Assembly: GCA_004022145.1 (NCBI GenBank)
Contig: RCNU01000006.1
Origin: Paecilomyces variotii
Lineage: Eukaryota
Length of the DNA stretch: 64,000 nt
Direction: 5' to 3' (one strand)
Positions 42,736-55,044 of the stretch are shown one piece after another. Below the pieces are notes generated by a model that made no database searches, had not been told where the DNA came from, and worked only from the letters and a program-made list of their open reading frames with translations. The first letter of the stretch is position 1. The number at the start of each line of letters is the position of its first letter. The translations under genes were made by a program, and so were the position numbers.

Positions 42736-43555
42736 AGAAGAATGTGTATATATCCGGCCGGGTTATATTAATGCTTTATATAAATAGGGAATAATACAGT
42801 GACTAATAACTAATAGTTAACTAGTTAGCTATTCTCTCTATATCTAATTATTACATAGCAACTACTAGTTCCTACATAACTAGTTAACTACTAGTTGATA
42901 ATAATAATAATAATAATAATTACCATTTAACTCAACTACCAGCTACTAAATAATAATACTAGTTCTGTGGCAAATACAAAACTATCTGCCCGGATCTGCA
43001 TGGATGGGATAGGGATCGGATAGCCAAGTCACGTTCATGTCATGCGATGCGATGTGTTGTTCAGCAGCACGTGTGTAAGGATTTCTTTGCGTTTAGGTTC
43101 ACCTTACTACTTAGTTAGAAAGGAAGCTAGGTTAACTAGTTATAGGTTATAGAATAACTACCCAACTAATTATTTATCACCTTGCTCTTTTGCTGCTGGT
43201 TTCACTTTGGGAAATGGAAGGTATAGATAGGGTTTATTTATACCGCGCGTGTGAGGTATACTATATGGGGAGGCGAGCCGTTAAGGAAAAGGAAGAGTGC
43301 GAAGATTGTAAAGAAGAGAGTAAGGGATCGGATCCGTGCTGTGTGTTTGTTTGTTTGCTGGGGTTACAACTGTCATTATAGGCGTTGATTCTAGTGTGCA
43401 TACATAACTAACTAATAGGATGCGTATCTATAGCTATATGTATGAGTTGGTTGGTTAGCTTCCGACTGTGCAGGGATAAGTTAGTGGGTTGATGAGTTGG
43501 ATAAAGCTACAGAGAGTAAGTAGTACTATGTATTTGATACATATGGATCTGTGGC

Positions 43556-43607
43556 AGTATGTATGTATGTAGAGATGTATGCATGTATGTATGTACGTAC
43601 GTACGTA
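43556..43607. repeat. Imperfect (GTAT)n/(GTAC)n microsatellite
   Basis: gtatgtatgtatgta...gtatgtatgtacgtacgtacgtac. Confidence 0.8.
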
Positions 43608-45096
43608 CTCTGAGTAGAGTGGACGGTGCCTGATAAGCAAGTAAGCACGTGCATGTGCTGTACATATGATGAATATGTATTCGATACATGCCATGTGAAG
43701 CTGGAGGGTTGGCTGCATTCTGAGGTATGTGGTTGACTAGACCAGTAGTATAATATAAGAAATGGGGGATGGACCATGGGAAGATTGCAGAGTATTGGTA
43801 TACTGTTACATCCCTGAGTTGTAGTATGTATGTATATTCCACGTAGAGTACGTACTGCATCTCTTACCTGAAGTAGATAAAAAGGTAGATTCTCTACAGC
43901 GGAAGAAAGCAGAGGGTTTCGATATCATCCACGAAAAGTATCCACAAATGACCACGCGACACATCGAGTTGTCTTCCGCTTAGTCTATGTGCTAGAAGCT
44001 CAAGCCATGTACATACATAACGTGGTCTCCCCCGGCAGGCAGCTACTATGTAAAATCAACGGAAAGATCCCAGATAGGACAACCTGAGACGGCAGTAGAA
44101 GCACGAAAATGGAAATCGAACGTGTCCTCGTGGTGGCGGTTTGACCTTGCTATAACCATCTAGCGGTCTCTTCACTCGCTAGTTATCTATACCATCCATA
44201 CGAATGCTGGTACCCACTTAACTATGGACCAGGATCTGGAGGGGGGGCGTGTGCTACAGTAATGGAGCAACGCAACAAGATAGATCGTCAGCCACATGAA
44301 GACTGAGGCTAGTTAGTTATTATTGATTAGAGTACTATAATCTTACTATCTCCGCCTGGTCCGTTGGATAGTGCCGCCACGGGCCTGCGCAGAAGGGGCG
44401 GGATCGGACAGCGCGCTGGGGTCACACAGCAGGATGGATGGATTGGTGCAGGCTGAACTGAACACCTACAAGGGGAGAAAAAAAAAAGGTTCTGCCTTTG
44501 GGGGATGCTCTCTCTTGGCGTAAAAAGGACGCAACGAGTGCGGTCTGATCGTCAAATCGAAAGTCTGACGATCAACCCCGGGACCAGTGGTGATTTGCTA
44601 TTTTTTTTTTCTCCTGTCTGGGATTATATGCGGGGTGTTAGTTGGATGGTCAGGGGCCTGACCTTACCGGTAAATATGGTAGAGTATGTACATCGAATGA
44701 AATCGTCATACTTGGCCTGTTCAACGTTCATGAGAGGGTTAGACTAGAGTAATTTACTTGCGAGTCGGGTCTTTTGAAATTGATGGAATGAGTCAGTGAG
44801 GTCCTGTTGAGTTGAAGGTCGCGTCAATCTCATACCATACGTGGCTTGGACGGCTGAGAGTGATGCTATTCGCTGGGGACTTTGGCATCCCTCGTGTATC
44901 GATCAGTGTCAGTGTTCGCAGTTGGCACGTTCCCCTCCACACAAGGATGCGGGAGGAATGCAACAGAGGCTATGAACTCTACTCTGTATTCTTTTGAGTC
45001 GACGTTTGTAACGATCAGGTGCTCGTTTGGTCCTCGAGAGAGAGATTGGCTTATGACAGGCGGGATGCATATCCGTGCTTGTCAGGGAAGAAGAGA

Positions 45097-45143
45097 AAGA
45101 AGAAGAAGAAGAAGAAGAAGAAGAAGAAGAAGAAGAAGAAGAA
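45097..45143. repeat. (AAG)n microsatellite, about 15 units
   Basis: Uninterrupted aagaagaag run. Confidence 0.95.
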
Positions 45144-47373
45144 ACAAGATAGATACGATACCTATGGTACAGTCTTCGTCTTCTCTACCTATCTAGGATT
45201 CTAGTCGACGTGATGGATTGGACTTCACCAGATCTGATACATTCCCCAGAACTTTGCGATATGGATAGATATTATATATTATATTAAAATTAAATACTTC
45301 ACTTCTAGGCAGTCATCAAAGCATTTTAGCTCGCCAGCTGATCGCTACCCGATTGAAACGAGTTAACTTATTATCTACAGCGATCCAGATACCCGCTGGT
45401 GGGGTCGACCAAGCGTGTCGTCATCCCGATCTCGTCGCAAAAAAAAGGAGCGAGTTGACGACGGTTCGGTCGATGGACTGCGATGGTTGCTTCTCTGGCG
45501 TTCCAGATGGGGGTTGTAAATATAGAATCCCAGGCGATAGTCAAACATTCTGCACTTTCCACCCCCAGACCATGACCCGCTTTCTGGATTTCACGAAACC
45601 CATCTTCATTTCCTCCTTTTTTTTTTGTGCCCTTTGTATCGGGGTTTCCTGCCTTTGTGACATTTTTTGTCTATTTTGTCTTTTTTTTGTCTTTTTTTTG
45701 TCTTTTTTCTTTTTCTTTCTTTTCTTTCTTTGGAACTCGACGAGAGTGGGCTCCTCATACCAGGGCAGAAAAAGAAGAAGAAGAAGAAAGAAAGAAGAGA
45801 CTGGGAGGGGGTCTCCATAGCGGGTGTGATAGGAGGGCGTGCAGCGTTCAAACTTCAAAGAAACGACTGGAGGCCGATCAGCACAGCGAACGAAGCGGGC
45901 TGGTGACATCGACGATGGCCAGTCTGCGGCCTGCGGGAGCCGATACGCTGCTTGTGGCTCCACTGCTGGCCGCTGGAGGGCTGCCACAATGTGGGTCGGG
46001 CGGACCTCTGGCGTTCTGCCCGTTTCCACCGGCGGTTGTTGGCGCTGCCATAGGTTGCTGTGGCATGGGGGAAGTTCACAAGGGGGTTTTTTACCATAGT
46101 TAACTTGATGGTTACGGAGTAGTTGACTCCATAGAAAAAAGCGGCCAGGGACATGGATCAAAGATGATGGTCAAGTTGGTCAACCCACAGAAGGTGCCAG
46201 ATCGTCTTCCCGCCGTGCAAGGGCTGGAGCAGATGGGCAAGCCACAGCTTTCCCGTATACTGTAATAACTAACGAAGTATCGATTTACCTATATTATTAT
46301 CATCTCAACGCCCCCGGGCGTCTAACCGCTTCCACACCGGCTCCACCGCTTCTATATGGTACGCCCCAGAAGGCCAACTTCATCTAGAGCTTCGCCTTCT
46401 TGATGATTCTTTTTCTCTGTGGGGACGTGCTGGCTTTCTCTCGTGCAATCAATTAATTGATGAAATCTACTTATTTACTTAATTATTCCTGCACAACATA
46501 CATACATAATTAACTCTGACGTTCCCAACGACTCGAGCTCGAGTTAGTTACCACTGTGACTGCTCGTTGGTTACTTAGTTACAACTGCTACGGAGTACTC
46601 CGTAACTTACTCTCTCTCTCTCTCTTTCTCCGCTCCCCGCCAACGACCCTCCAGCTGAAACTCCACCAAGATTTTACTGTTGCACGCAAAAAGAAGCATC
46701 GACCATTGTCCTCCGATTACGAAAAAACCCAGGACCGTCGGTCGCTCGTCTCTAGTCCTGCTGTGCTACACCACAGGGTCGAATTTTAGGTGCAGCGCCC
46801 CGTTAAGCTGACGGGCCAGCGGTGACTGCATTGTTTCCCCCTGTCATTCTCTCCGTTATTGGCGACCGAACGCCCTGCGAAGTGGGTGTTGCGCGGAGCG
46901 GAGAGCTGCTGACCGTGGCTGTAACTCTGACCATCCTCTCTCTGCTCTCTTTCTTTCCTTTTGCTTCTCGTTGTCCTGTCTCCCTTGCATGATCGCTTCT
47001 GCCTCCCCGGGATTCGACACGATTTCGCCGTTTTTCTGGAAGCTGTCATCGTCGCCTTCTTCCCACCAAGTCCCCTTGAATCGTCCTGGTCTTGCAAACC
47101 AACCGGGTACTATGGCCTTCTGACGGCACAGCGATTCCTTTCTTCCAGTGCTGGGGAATGCGATCGGATATACGAATATAGTTCTGGCTCAGGCCATGAT
47201 GCGGTGTCGGAAACGCTGCAAGGATGCTTGTCGATGATCAATACAGCAAGAGCCAACGGACTTGATTTGTTCGATAGCCGCTTGTATTTTCTCTCTCTAC
47301 TGACCTGATCGATCTGTTTGTCCCCGGGGGACGACAGACGGTCTAAAAGGGAAAAAAAAAAAAGAAGAAAAAG

Positions 47374-50300
47374 ATGTTGCCCACCGTTGCTCGAATGCCG
47401 CAGCTCCAACCACATAATCACCTTGACCACCGAATCTACGATATCCTGAATACTCCATACAACCCCAACGACGCGGCCATGAGACCCTCTCTCTCTCAAC
47501 ACGATCCTCCCAAACACTCCTACCAGTTCGTCGCGCGACCACGTGTGCAGCTCCCACACCCGGTGCAGCGGTCCGACAGCCACGACGTGGTCAATAACTC
47601 GAATGTCTCAAGGCTAACGAACAGCGGGGAACATGCGTTGCGAAGGAAGACGCCAAATGGGACCCTCGCGGCGGGCTACGATGGGACACCGGGTGATAGG
47701 GCCGTGCAGCCACCAGCAACAAAGCATATCTTGGTCTCCTCTCTCGAATCCGGCCAGCTGCTCACCGGTCTCCCCGCGGACAACTGGCAACCGATGAGCA
47801 CGGATCAATCGTCGTCGGCGCAGCACATGAGCTTTCCGCCGTCATATAAGCACGACTCGAATGGGCTCCGGGACGATGGACTTCAAAGAGCAACGGGCGC
47901 GACCTGGGTTCGTTCTGTGAATTACGTGCCGGGGGTCGACTCGATGTTGCATCAGACTCTGCCCGTGCAGACATCCCAGCGATATTACTTACAAAATGGG
48001 CCCTCCGTCCCGACCGTCCATCCCGCCCCGCTCCAGACATGCCTAGGTCCTACCGCGTCGGCGGGATCTGGTCCCTATGGCCCTTACTGGCCGGATGGAG
48101 CCTACATCCCATACCGTCCAGCCGCTCTCCGTGATACGCGCTTCCACCAGACAGGCCAGTTTCCCACTCAGGCAGGGCTGAGTGGCCCTCACTTTTACGA
48201 CCTACACCAACCATCATTCAACACCACGCCTCTTCCCGGCGGTAATCTCTCGAATCCTGGATTCGCCTGGAATCAGTTTCCGGTGGGTGTCAATCCGGAG
48301 CCTGTCTTGCAGAGCACTCACCCTGCTCGCCGTTCTCATCAGAAATCCTTTGATACGTTCCATGATCCTCATACCAACCTCTCTACCCACCCGACGAGCA
48401 GTAACAACACAGTACCATGGTCTGCTACCCAGCCCGATTTGAGCTTCAGGACGTCCGTAGCAGACGTCAAGTCTCGCACGGGGAATGTAGAATTCAAGGA
48501 GAAGGTCCTGACATGGGCTCACGGGGTCTACGTGGACCTTCTTGCAACTCTCCACCAAGCTCGAAGGAACAGCGCCTCGAAAGCGGGCATTGATGGCTAT
48601 GCTCACCGGCTATCAAGACCGAGCATCTACCCTAAACCACCTCGTCAACCTGGTTTGGATTTTTCGGCCCAGCCCAGTGCCGGGGAGTTGTCGCGCCATA
48701 ACAGCTATCCGTCCTCGCAATTCGATCTACATGGTCGCAGCCAGCATGGGCTGGGCTCTCGGCACATGGACGGCCTGCATTCGGCCCATGGATTCGATGA
48801 CAGACAGGCTAATCGTCCGCTCCTCAGTCAAATGCATCACCGAAATTCTGATTCTCACGGCATCAGTGGATACCACCCCTTTCGACGATTGTCTGGCGCC
48901 GCTGTGTCCCCATTCGCGACTGGTTTCCGCAATGAAAACTCCACCGTGTCCAGCGCCGTGTCTGCTCTGGAGATGCTCTCTCATCTCTGCATGGAGAGTG
49001 GCTGGGAGTGGGTGGATGGAATGCTCCTGGGAGGCTGCTTGGCCTACGGTTTGGGTGACTATCAGAAAGCAATGAGATGGTACTCGAGGATCATCGCTAG
49101 GGATGCCACGTAAGTCAAGCCGATGCCCACCCTGTCAAGACACTAATCACTAACGGACACATCTCCCAGACATGTTGAAGCAATCTCAAATCTGGCCGCG
49201 ACTCTTCTTGCCCTTGATCGCCGCGAAGAGGCATTGCAGCATTGGTTCCGTGCCGTCAAATTACGTCCCGGTTATTTTGAAGCAGTGGAACATCTTATCG
49301 GTCTCCTCTGCAGCAACCATCGGGGCAAGGAAGCTGTCAGTATCATCGAATATGTCGAATCCTCACTCCGTGTCTCAAAGAACGGGGACTACTTCCAGAC
49401 GGACGAACACTCAAGTGGAACCGAGAGCGACAATGAAAGCCGGTCCTCCACGGCATCTGACCTCGGGTCGTCCGATCGAGCGGCGTTCGATTATGAAAAC
49501 GATCCAGATCAGTATTCTAACTTCAAGCACAGCTCCAGCGATTCGAATTCTGCGGGCTTCGGATCAAGTGGCTATGCGATTCCAGGATCCGACAACGGTC
49601 GAATGCTGGCTCTGATCCACGCGAAAGGAAACATGCTTTATGCTCTCGGGGACAATGCAGGTGCAGCAGCAGCATTCGAAGACGCGATTTTGATCGCATC
49701 AGGTCGCAGACGCCATGGCATCCAGAGTCTGATCAGGAAGATTCTCGCGGCCTTTACGGACAGCTCTCGCAACGGATACTCCCTGCCCGTTGAATTATAT
49801 GATGCCAAGGCCCCTGTTCTGCTGTATCCGGAGAGAGCCCTGCAGACGGCCAAACTGATCTTCGGACCGTACGGCAACCCTCCGGGTTTCAGATATGTTC
49901 CTGATGGTCTGGCAAGAAAGGCGGCTATATCGACCACCAGCAATTCACTGTTGTCGCTGGCAAAGATATACCAAGATGGGATGGCTAATCTTTCCGCCCC
50001 CGGAGCCACCAGGGCACCTTGTGGCGTCCGAGATATATTGGCTCTCTACTATCTCTCGCTGTCTCTTCAGCCTAGTCCATCCACTGCGAATAATGTTGGC
50101 ATCCTACTTGCCAGCATTCAACAGAGTGGTCCGGTCAGAGTGCCTAGACGCTCTGCCGCTGAGAGTCAACTCCCAGAGGTTCCCGGTGTGATACCTGGAA
50201 GTGGAATCTCGCTGGCGTTGGCGTATTACAACTACGGCTTGAACCTGGATTCGCGACACGCTCACTTATACACTAACCTGGGAAGCCTCCTGAAAGACAT

Positions 50301-52480
50301 TGGCCAGCTCCAGGCAGCGATCAGAATGTATGAGCAGGCCGTCCAGTGCGATAACAACTTTGATATTGCATTGGCGAATTTGGCAAACGCCGTGAAGGAC
50401 TCCGGAAGGGTCAATGACGCTATTGGATATTACAAGAGAGCCGTGCGAGTCAATCCAGATTTCGCGGAAGCTGTATGCGGGCTTGCGAACGCACTGAATT
50501 CGGTTTGTAACTGGGGTGGTCGCGGCGGTATCTCAAATGGCCATGGATTCCGTGATCGATGGCACGTGGATGAAGAAGGGATGCTTCGCGACGCCAATGG
50601 AGCTGAGACTGGCTCTGGTTGGATCCAGCGGGTGGTTCAGATCGTTGACCGGCAGCTCAAGGACGGTGAGACATGGGGTTGCGGCTTACTGACACCTACC
50701 ATGGTGGATCAGCTCTGTGCGCAGCTGTCTCTAGCCATTGGAGAAGACAGGTTCTTGTCTACCAAGAGAGGATCCTTGGCTTCCACCCTTAAAGCGTGGG
50801 CCGGCCAGAAATGGGAAGGCTCCCGGATCGTCAGACTCATCGAGCGTGCCATCAGAGCCATAACTTGGCAGTGGTACCAAGACAAGTATGTGTATGGAAA
50901 GGAATACCCCCTGGAGAAGTATCGGAGGCCACAGCTCCCCATGGGACTTTCTCCACCTAATGCTCCGACTGTTCTCCCGTTCCATACATTTACTTGCCCG
51001 CTCTCTGCCAAACAAGTCCGCCACATCTCGCAACGCAACGGTTTGCGGATCTCGTGTTCTACTCTTCGCTCTCCATGGCTACCTCCCACAGTGTACAGAC
51101 CTCCGGCTCCGCCCAACCCTTATCTGAAAGTTGGATATGTCTCTTCTGACTTTAACAACCATCCTCTTGCTCATCTGATGCAATCAGTGTTCGGGTTCCA
51201 CAATCCATCGCGGGTCAAGGCATATTGCTATGCTACCACACCCAGTGACAATTCCGTGCATCGTCGCCAGATTGAGCGTGAAGCCCCCGTTTTCTATGAC
51301 GCCAGCAGCTGGCCGGTAGAGCGTCTAGTCGAACAGATTGTTAATGACGGCATCCATATCCTTGTCAATCTGAACGGTTACACGCGAGGCGCTCGCAACG
51401 AAGTTTTTGCTGCGCGTCCAGCACCGATCCATATGTCTTTCATGGGCTTTGCGGGCACATTAGGAGCCGAGTGGTGCGACTACATTCTCGCAGACGAACT
51501 CTCAATCCCCCGTGAGACTTTGAGTCCTCACAAGCGCGATACCCGACTGGAGGATCGTCTGGTCGAGGTTGACCATGGCGAGGAGCTCGAGGATTGGGTC
51601 TACGCAGAGAGAATAGTGTACACAAAGCACACTTTCTTTTGCTGTGACCATCGGCAGAGTGCTCCTGACTGCAAGGATCCTCGTCTGACTTGGGACGAAG
51701 AGCAAGAGAGGCGCTGGCGGATGCGGAAGGAGCTGTTCCCACAACTGAGTGATGATACTATCATCATGGGTAACTTTAACCAGCTCTATAAGGCAAGGAG
51801 TTCCGGTCTATTTCATATATTATGAGATCGTTGCTAACTTATCGTTTCAGATCGAACCCACTACTTTCCGTACGTGGTTGCGCATCCTCGCTCGTATTCC
51901 TAACGCAGTGCTGTGGTTATTGCGATTCCCAGATCTTGGTGAACGGAATCTCAGGGAGACAGCTATCGCTTGGGCAGGTGAAGAGACTGCCTCTCGGATA
52001 ATCTTCACTGATGTCGCTCCCAAGAACACGCATATTGCGCGTGCGAAAATTTGCGATCTTTTCCTCGATACCCCAGAGTGCAACGCACATACAACTGCTG
52101 CCGATGTACTCTGGAGCGGAACACCCATTCTGACTTACCCACGATACAAGTACAAGATGTGTTCGCGCATGGCATCCAGCATTTTGTCCAGTGCCCTTCC
52201 GGACTCGGAGATTGGGAAGCAGGCTGCTGCGGATCTGATAGCTTCATCGGATGAAGACTACGAGAATAAAGCTATACGTCTGGGTCTCGATCTTCACTAC
52301 CAACTAGGTAGTCAAGGAAGGGCCACAGGCAGGTTGACGGAACTTCGAAAGATTCTGTTTATGAACAGATGGCAAGCCAATCTATTCGATACCAGGCGTT
52401 GGGTCAATGACTTAGAAGATGCATATGAGAAAGTTTGGAAAAAGTGGGTCAATGGCGAAGATGGAGATATCTGGTTATGA
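47374..52480 (+). CDS. TPR-containing GT41 glycosyltransferase, O-GlcNAc transferase-like
   Basis: TPRs (HAHLYTNLGSLLKDIG, IALANLANAVKDSG, FAEAVCGLANAL) and OGT-type catalytic motifs GYVSSDFNNHPLAHL, HILVNLNGYTRGAR, NFNQLYK|IEP and DLFLDTPECNAHTTAADVLWSGTP. Introns 49110-49169 and GC-AG 51793-51850. Confidence 0.9.
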
Positions 52481-53487
52481 CGTGCAATGGCGGGATATAT
52501 ACCCTTTTGTCGATTTGTTTTCTGCATTTGTCATTATTTCTGTTCTTTTCTTTTCTCTTTTTTTCTTTCTTTTTGCAGCGGTTTCCCCATATTCAATTCC
52601 CCGTTCATGTCAGTTGAGGAATTGTATCATGTTATTTCTTAGTCTTTTTTCTTGTTTGATGTTTCGAGCCTTGTATACTATGATCCATGTATCTGAGATC
52701 TTGGTATTGCTCGGTGATATGATTTGACAGGTCATGGCGTTGGGAGTGATCAAGACACACCATCCAACGGAGGTGGCTATGTCAATATGGCTATATGCAA
52801 TTCTACGGCATCTGAGCCTTTCGTTTTTTTTTTTTTTTTTTTTTTTCCCAATTCGTCTGGGCCCTGACTCGGTTCTTTGGAGAGAATTTCACCATGGGAT
52901 TTCGCATGCATTATCACACAGAAAACAAAATCCATGGGGCTGCACAGCCAGGCGCTTCTGTATTGTGTTTGTTTTTTTTTTTTTTTCTTTCTTTTTTTCC
53001 CCCTTCTGTATTGGTGTGCCATTTCAGCGTCATGCAACATGGGATCTTCTTAGGGTTTGCTTGCTTTTTATCAAGAAGCAACCGGCTATGAAACAGCTAA
53101 AGCTAACAGTTACTTGTCACGCCTGATGAATTTAATGACCGCGGATTTTCTCCGCATTGCATTTACCATAAAGCAACTGAGTAATGACTTTTCATCTGTT
53201 TATTATGATATAATGATCTCCGTGTACTCAATAGGAAAACACTGTAAAAGCATGATTTTCTGTAAGTTAGCAGCTTTCGTCCGGTTCTTATCTCTGTATT
53301 ATTATATGATGATGTCTTCTATAGATTTCACTCAGGGGGGAAAGAATCAAGTTGTATTGTTCTTGATGTATTTCATTTCCCAGTACATATAACCATTACA
53401 TTATTATGTGAAGTACATTGTCACAAGACAGAATATTCAATATAACAAAATTCTTTTGGAAAAGATAAGAGAAAAAGTCCCATCACC

Positions 53488-55044
53488 TTACGACAGCTGG
53501 ATATGACGAGCAGTAAAATAGCCGTTCAAAAGATCTATTCGTGACTGCTCGAAAACAGCAGCGATAAAGGAATCCGGTCGGATCAGATAGATGTCATCCT
53601 GCACGATACACTTCTTTTCCATGTCCTCATTGAAAGGGAAATTGTCCAGTCTCACTTTCTTTTCTTGGCACCAGGCTTTTAATTCCTCTGTTGGTGTTCC
53701 GTAGATGTGAATCCGCCATTGTAATGCATCCAGGCTGATGTAATTATCAGTCGCGTCCTCCTTGCAGTAAGGTAATCGATCACCGGGTTTGATTTCTCCG
53801 GGTCCCTCTGCTTGGGACAGCGGGCTATCATAGTAGTTACGGCCGGTCTGGGAGAGGGTCCGGAAGAAGAAACTTGGCAGTGCGGAGTACGATCCTGAAG
53901 GTTGCATCAGATTAAACAACACTTCGTGGACGGTCGTCCTGACGAAGCCTTTGTCCATCACCACTGTGAAGATGTGGTCTGATGTGTCCAGCAGATTCTC
54001 CGCAAACTGTTTTCGCTCCTTCTCATAGGAATCCAGAAGGAAATCGTCCGCTTTGCCCTTCACCACAGAGGCAAGTTTCCAGGAAAGGTTTACCGAGTCG
54101 GAAATGCCCGTGTTCATCCCTTGTCCGTCTAGAGGGCTCAGGATATGTGCTGCATCTCCTGCGATAAAGACTCTGCCCTTTCTGAACCGCTCTGCAACGC
54201 GGTGGTGCACTCGATAGGTGGTAAACCACTTGACTTCATGTGTTGTCAACTTCACTTCCTTTTCGAGGATGGGTCTGACATCGTCAAACTGGGCATGCGG
54301 AGACATGTTCTCCACCGCACCAAGCACATGCACGTGTGTCCCGCCTGGGTACTGTTCGTATGAAACAACCATGATAGTGTCCTCTCCGCCGCCGAAGTTG
54401 AAATGACCTTCGCCATCCACAGGTGGTCCTGAGCCGATCAGGTCTGCCACGAAGAATGTCTGCCGGTATGGGCTGCCCATGAAGTCCACGTGCACTCCGT
54501 GACGAACTGTAGAGTGAGCACCATCGCAGCCAACGAGGAACGCTGTTTCGACAGTCTCCCCGTTCTCTTCTTGGCCAACGGTCTCTATGCTATCATCTTG
54601 GTCAACAGGGCGTATACGTGCAGTGATGTGCGTTCCATGGTCAATATGATCTAGAAACTCGACGGAGCGCTCGACGAAAACTCCCAGCGAATTCAGCTTG
54701 GCTTCCAAAATCGGCTCGTGAATGCTCTGAGGTTGAATAAATACGAACGGGTATCGAGTCAACCCCGCGCCAACGTCACGAAACGGAATTCGTACGGACT
54801 GTGCACCTTCAGTCCGTAGATTCAATACCTCTAGTCGATGCCCGCGTGGAAGTATATCATCTAGGAGGCCCAGCAGCTGGTAGAACTCAAGGGTTCGACT
54901 GTGGATGACGATGGCTCTTGAAGTCTCTGCTGTTGTCTTTTGCTTGTCGACGATACGGATTTTGATACCAAGCCGGGTGAGCGCGACAGCTAAAACGAGG
55001 CCGGTCGGTCCAGCACCAACAATGAGGACGTCTACGGCTGTCAT
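53488..55044 (-). CDS. FAD-dependent aromatic monooxygenase (PheA/TfdB/PcpB-like, FAD_binding_3), intronless
   Basis: DVLIVGAGPTGL, FLVGCDGAHSTVR, RVFIAGDAAH...GQGMNTGISD, C-terminal GDRLP...YLIRPD. Likely start is the ATG at 55044, although the ORF extends to 55119. Confidence 0.9.
   Translation of the reverse strand: MTAVDVLIVGAGPTGLVLAVALTRLGIKIRIVDKQKTTAETSRAIVIHSRTLEFYQLLGLLDDILPRGHRLEVLNLRTEGAQSVRIPFRDVGAGLTRYPFVFIQPQSIHEPILEAKLNSLGVFVERSVEFLDHIDHGTHITARIRPVDQDDSIETVGQEENGETVETAFLVGCDGAHSTVRHGVHVDFMGSPYRQTFFVADLIGSGPPVDGEGHFNFGGGEDTIMVVSYEQYPGGTHVHVLGAVENMSPHAQFDDVRPILEKEVKLTTHEVKWFTTYRVHHRVAERFRKGRVFIAGDAAHILSPLDGQGMNTGISDSVNLSWKLASVVKGKADDFLLDSYEKERKQFAENLLDTSDHIFTVVMDKGFVRTTVHEVLFNLMQPSGSYSALPSFFFRTLSQTGRNYYDSPLSQAEGPGEIKPGDRLPYCKEDATDNYISLDALQWRIHIYGTPTEELKAWCQEKKVRLDNFPFNEDMEKKCIVQDDIYLIRPDSFIAAVFEQSRIDLLNGYFTARHIQLS

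Noticed and set aside
44882-45204. Poly-Arg and poly-Lys ORFs
   Set aside because: Artefacts of the (AAG)n repeat.
45353-46161. Overlapping ORFs of 150-200 aa on both strands
   Set aside because: Driven by T-rich low-complexity sequence and a stop-poor GC patch; no protein-family features.
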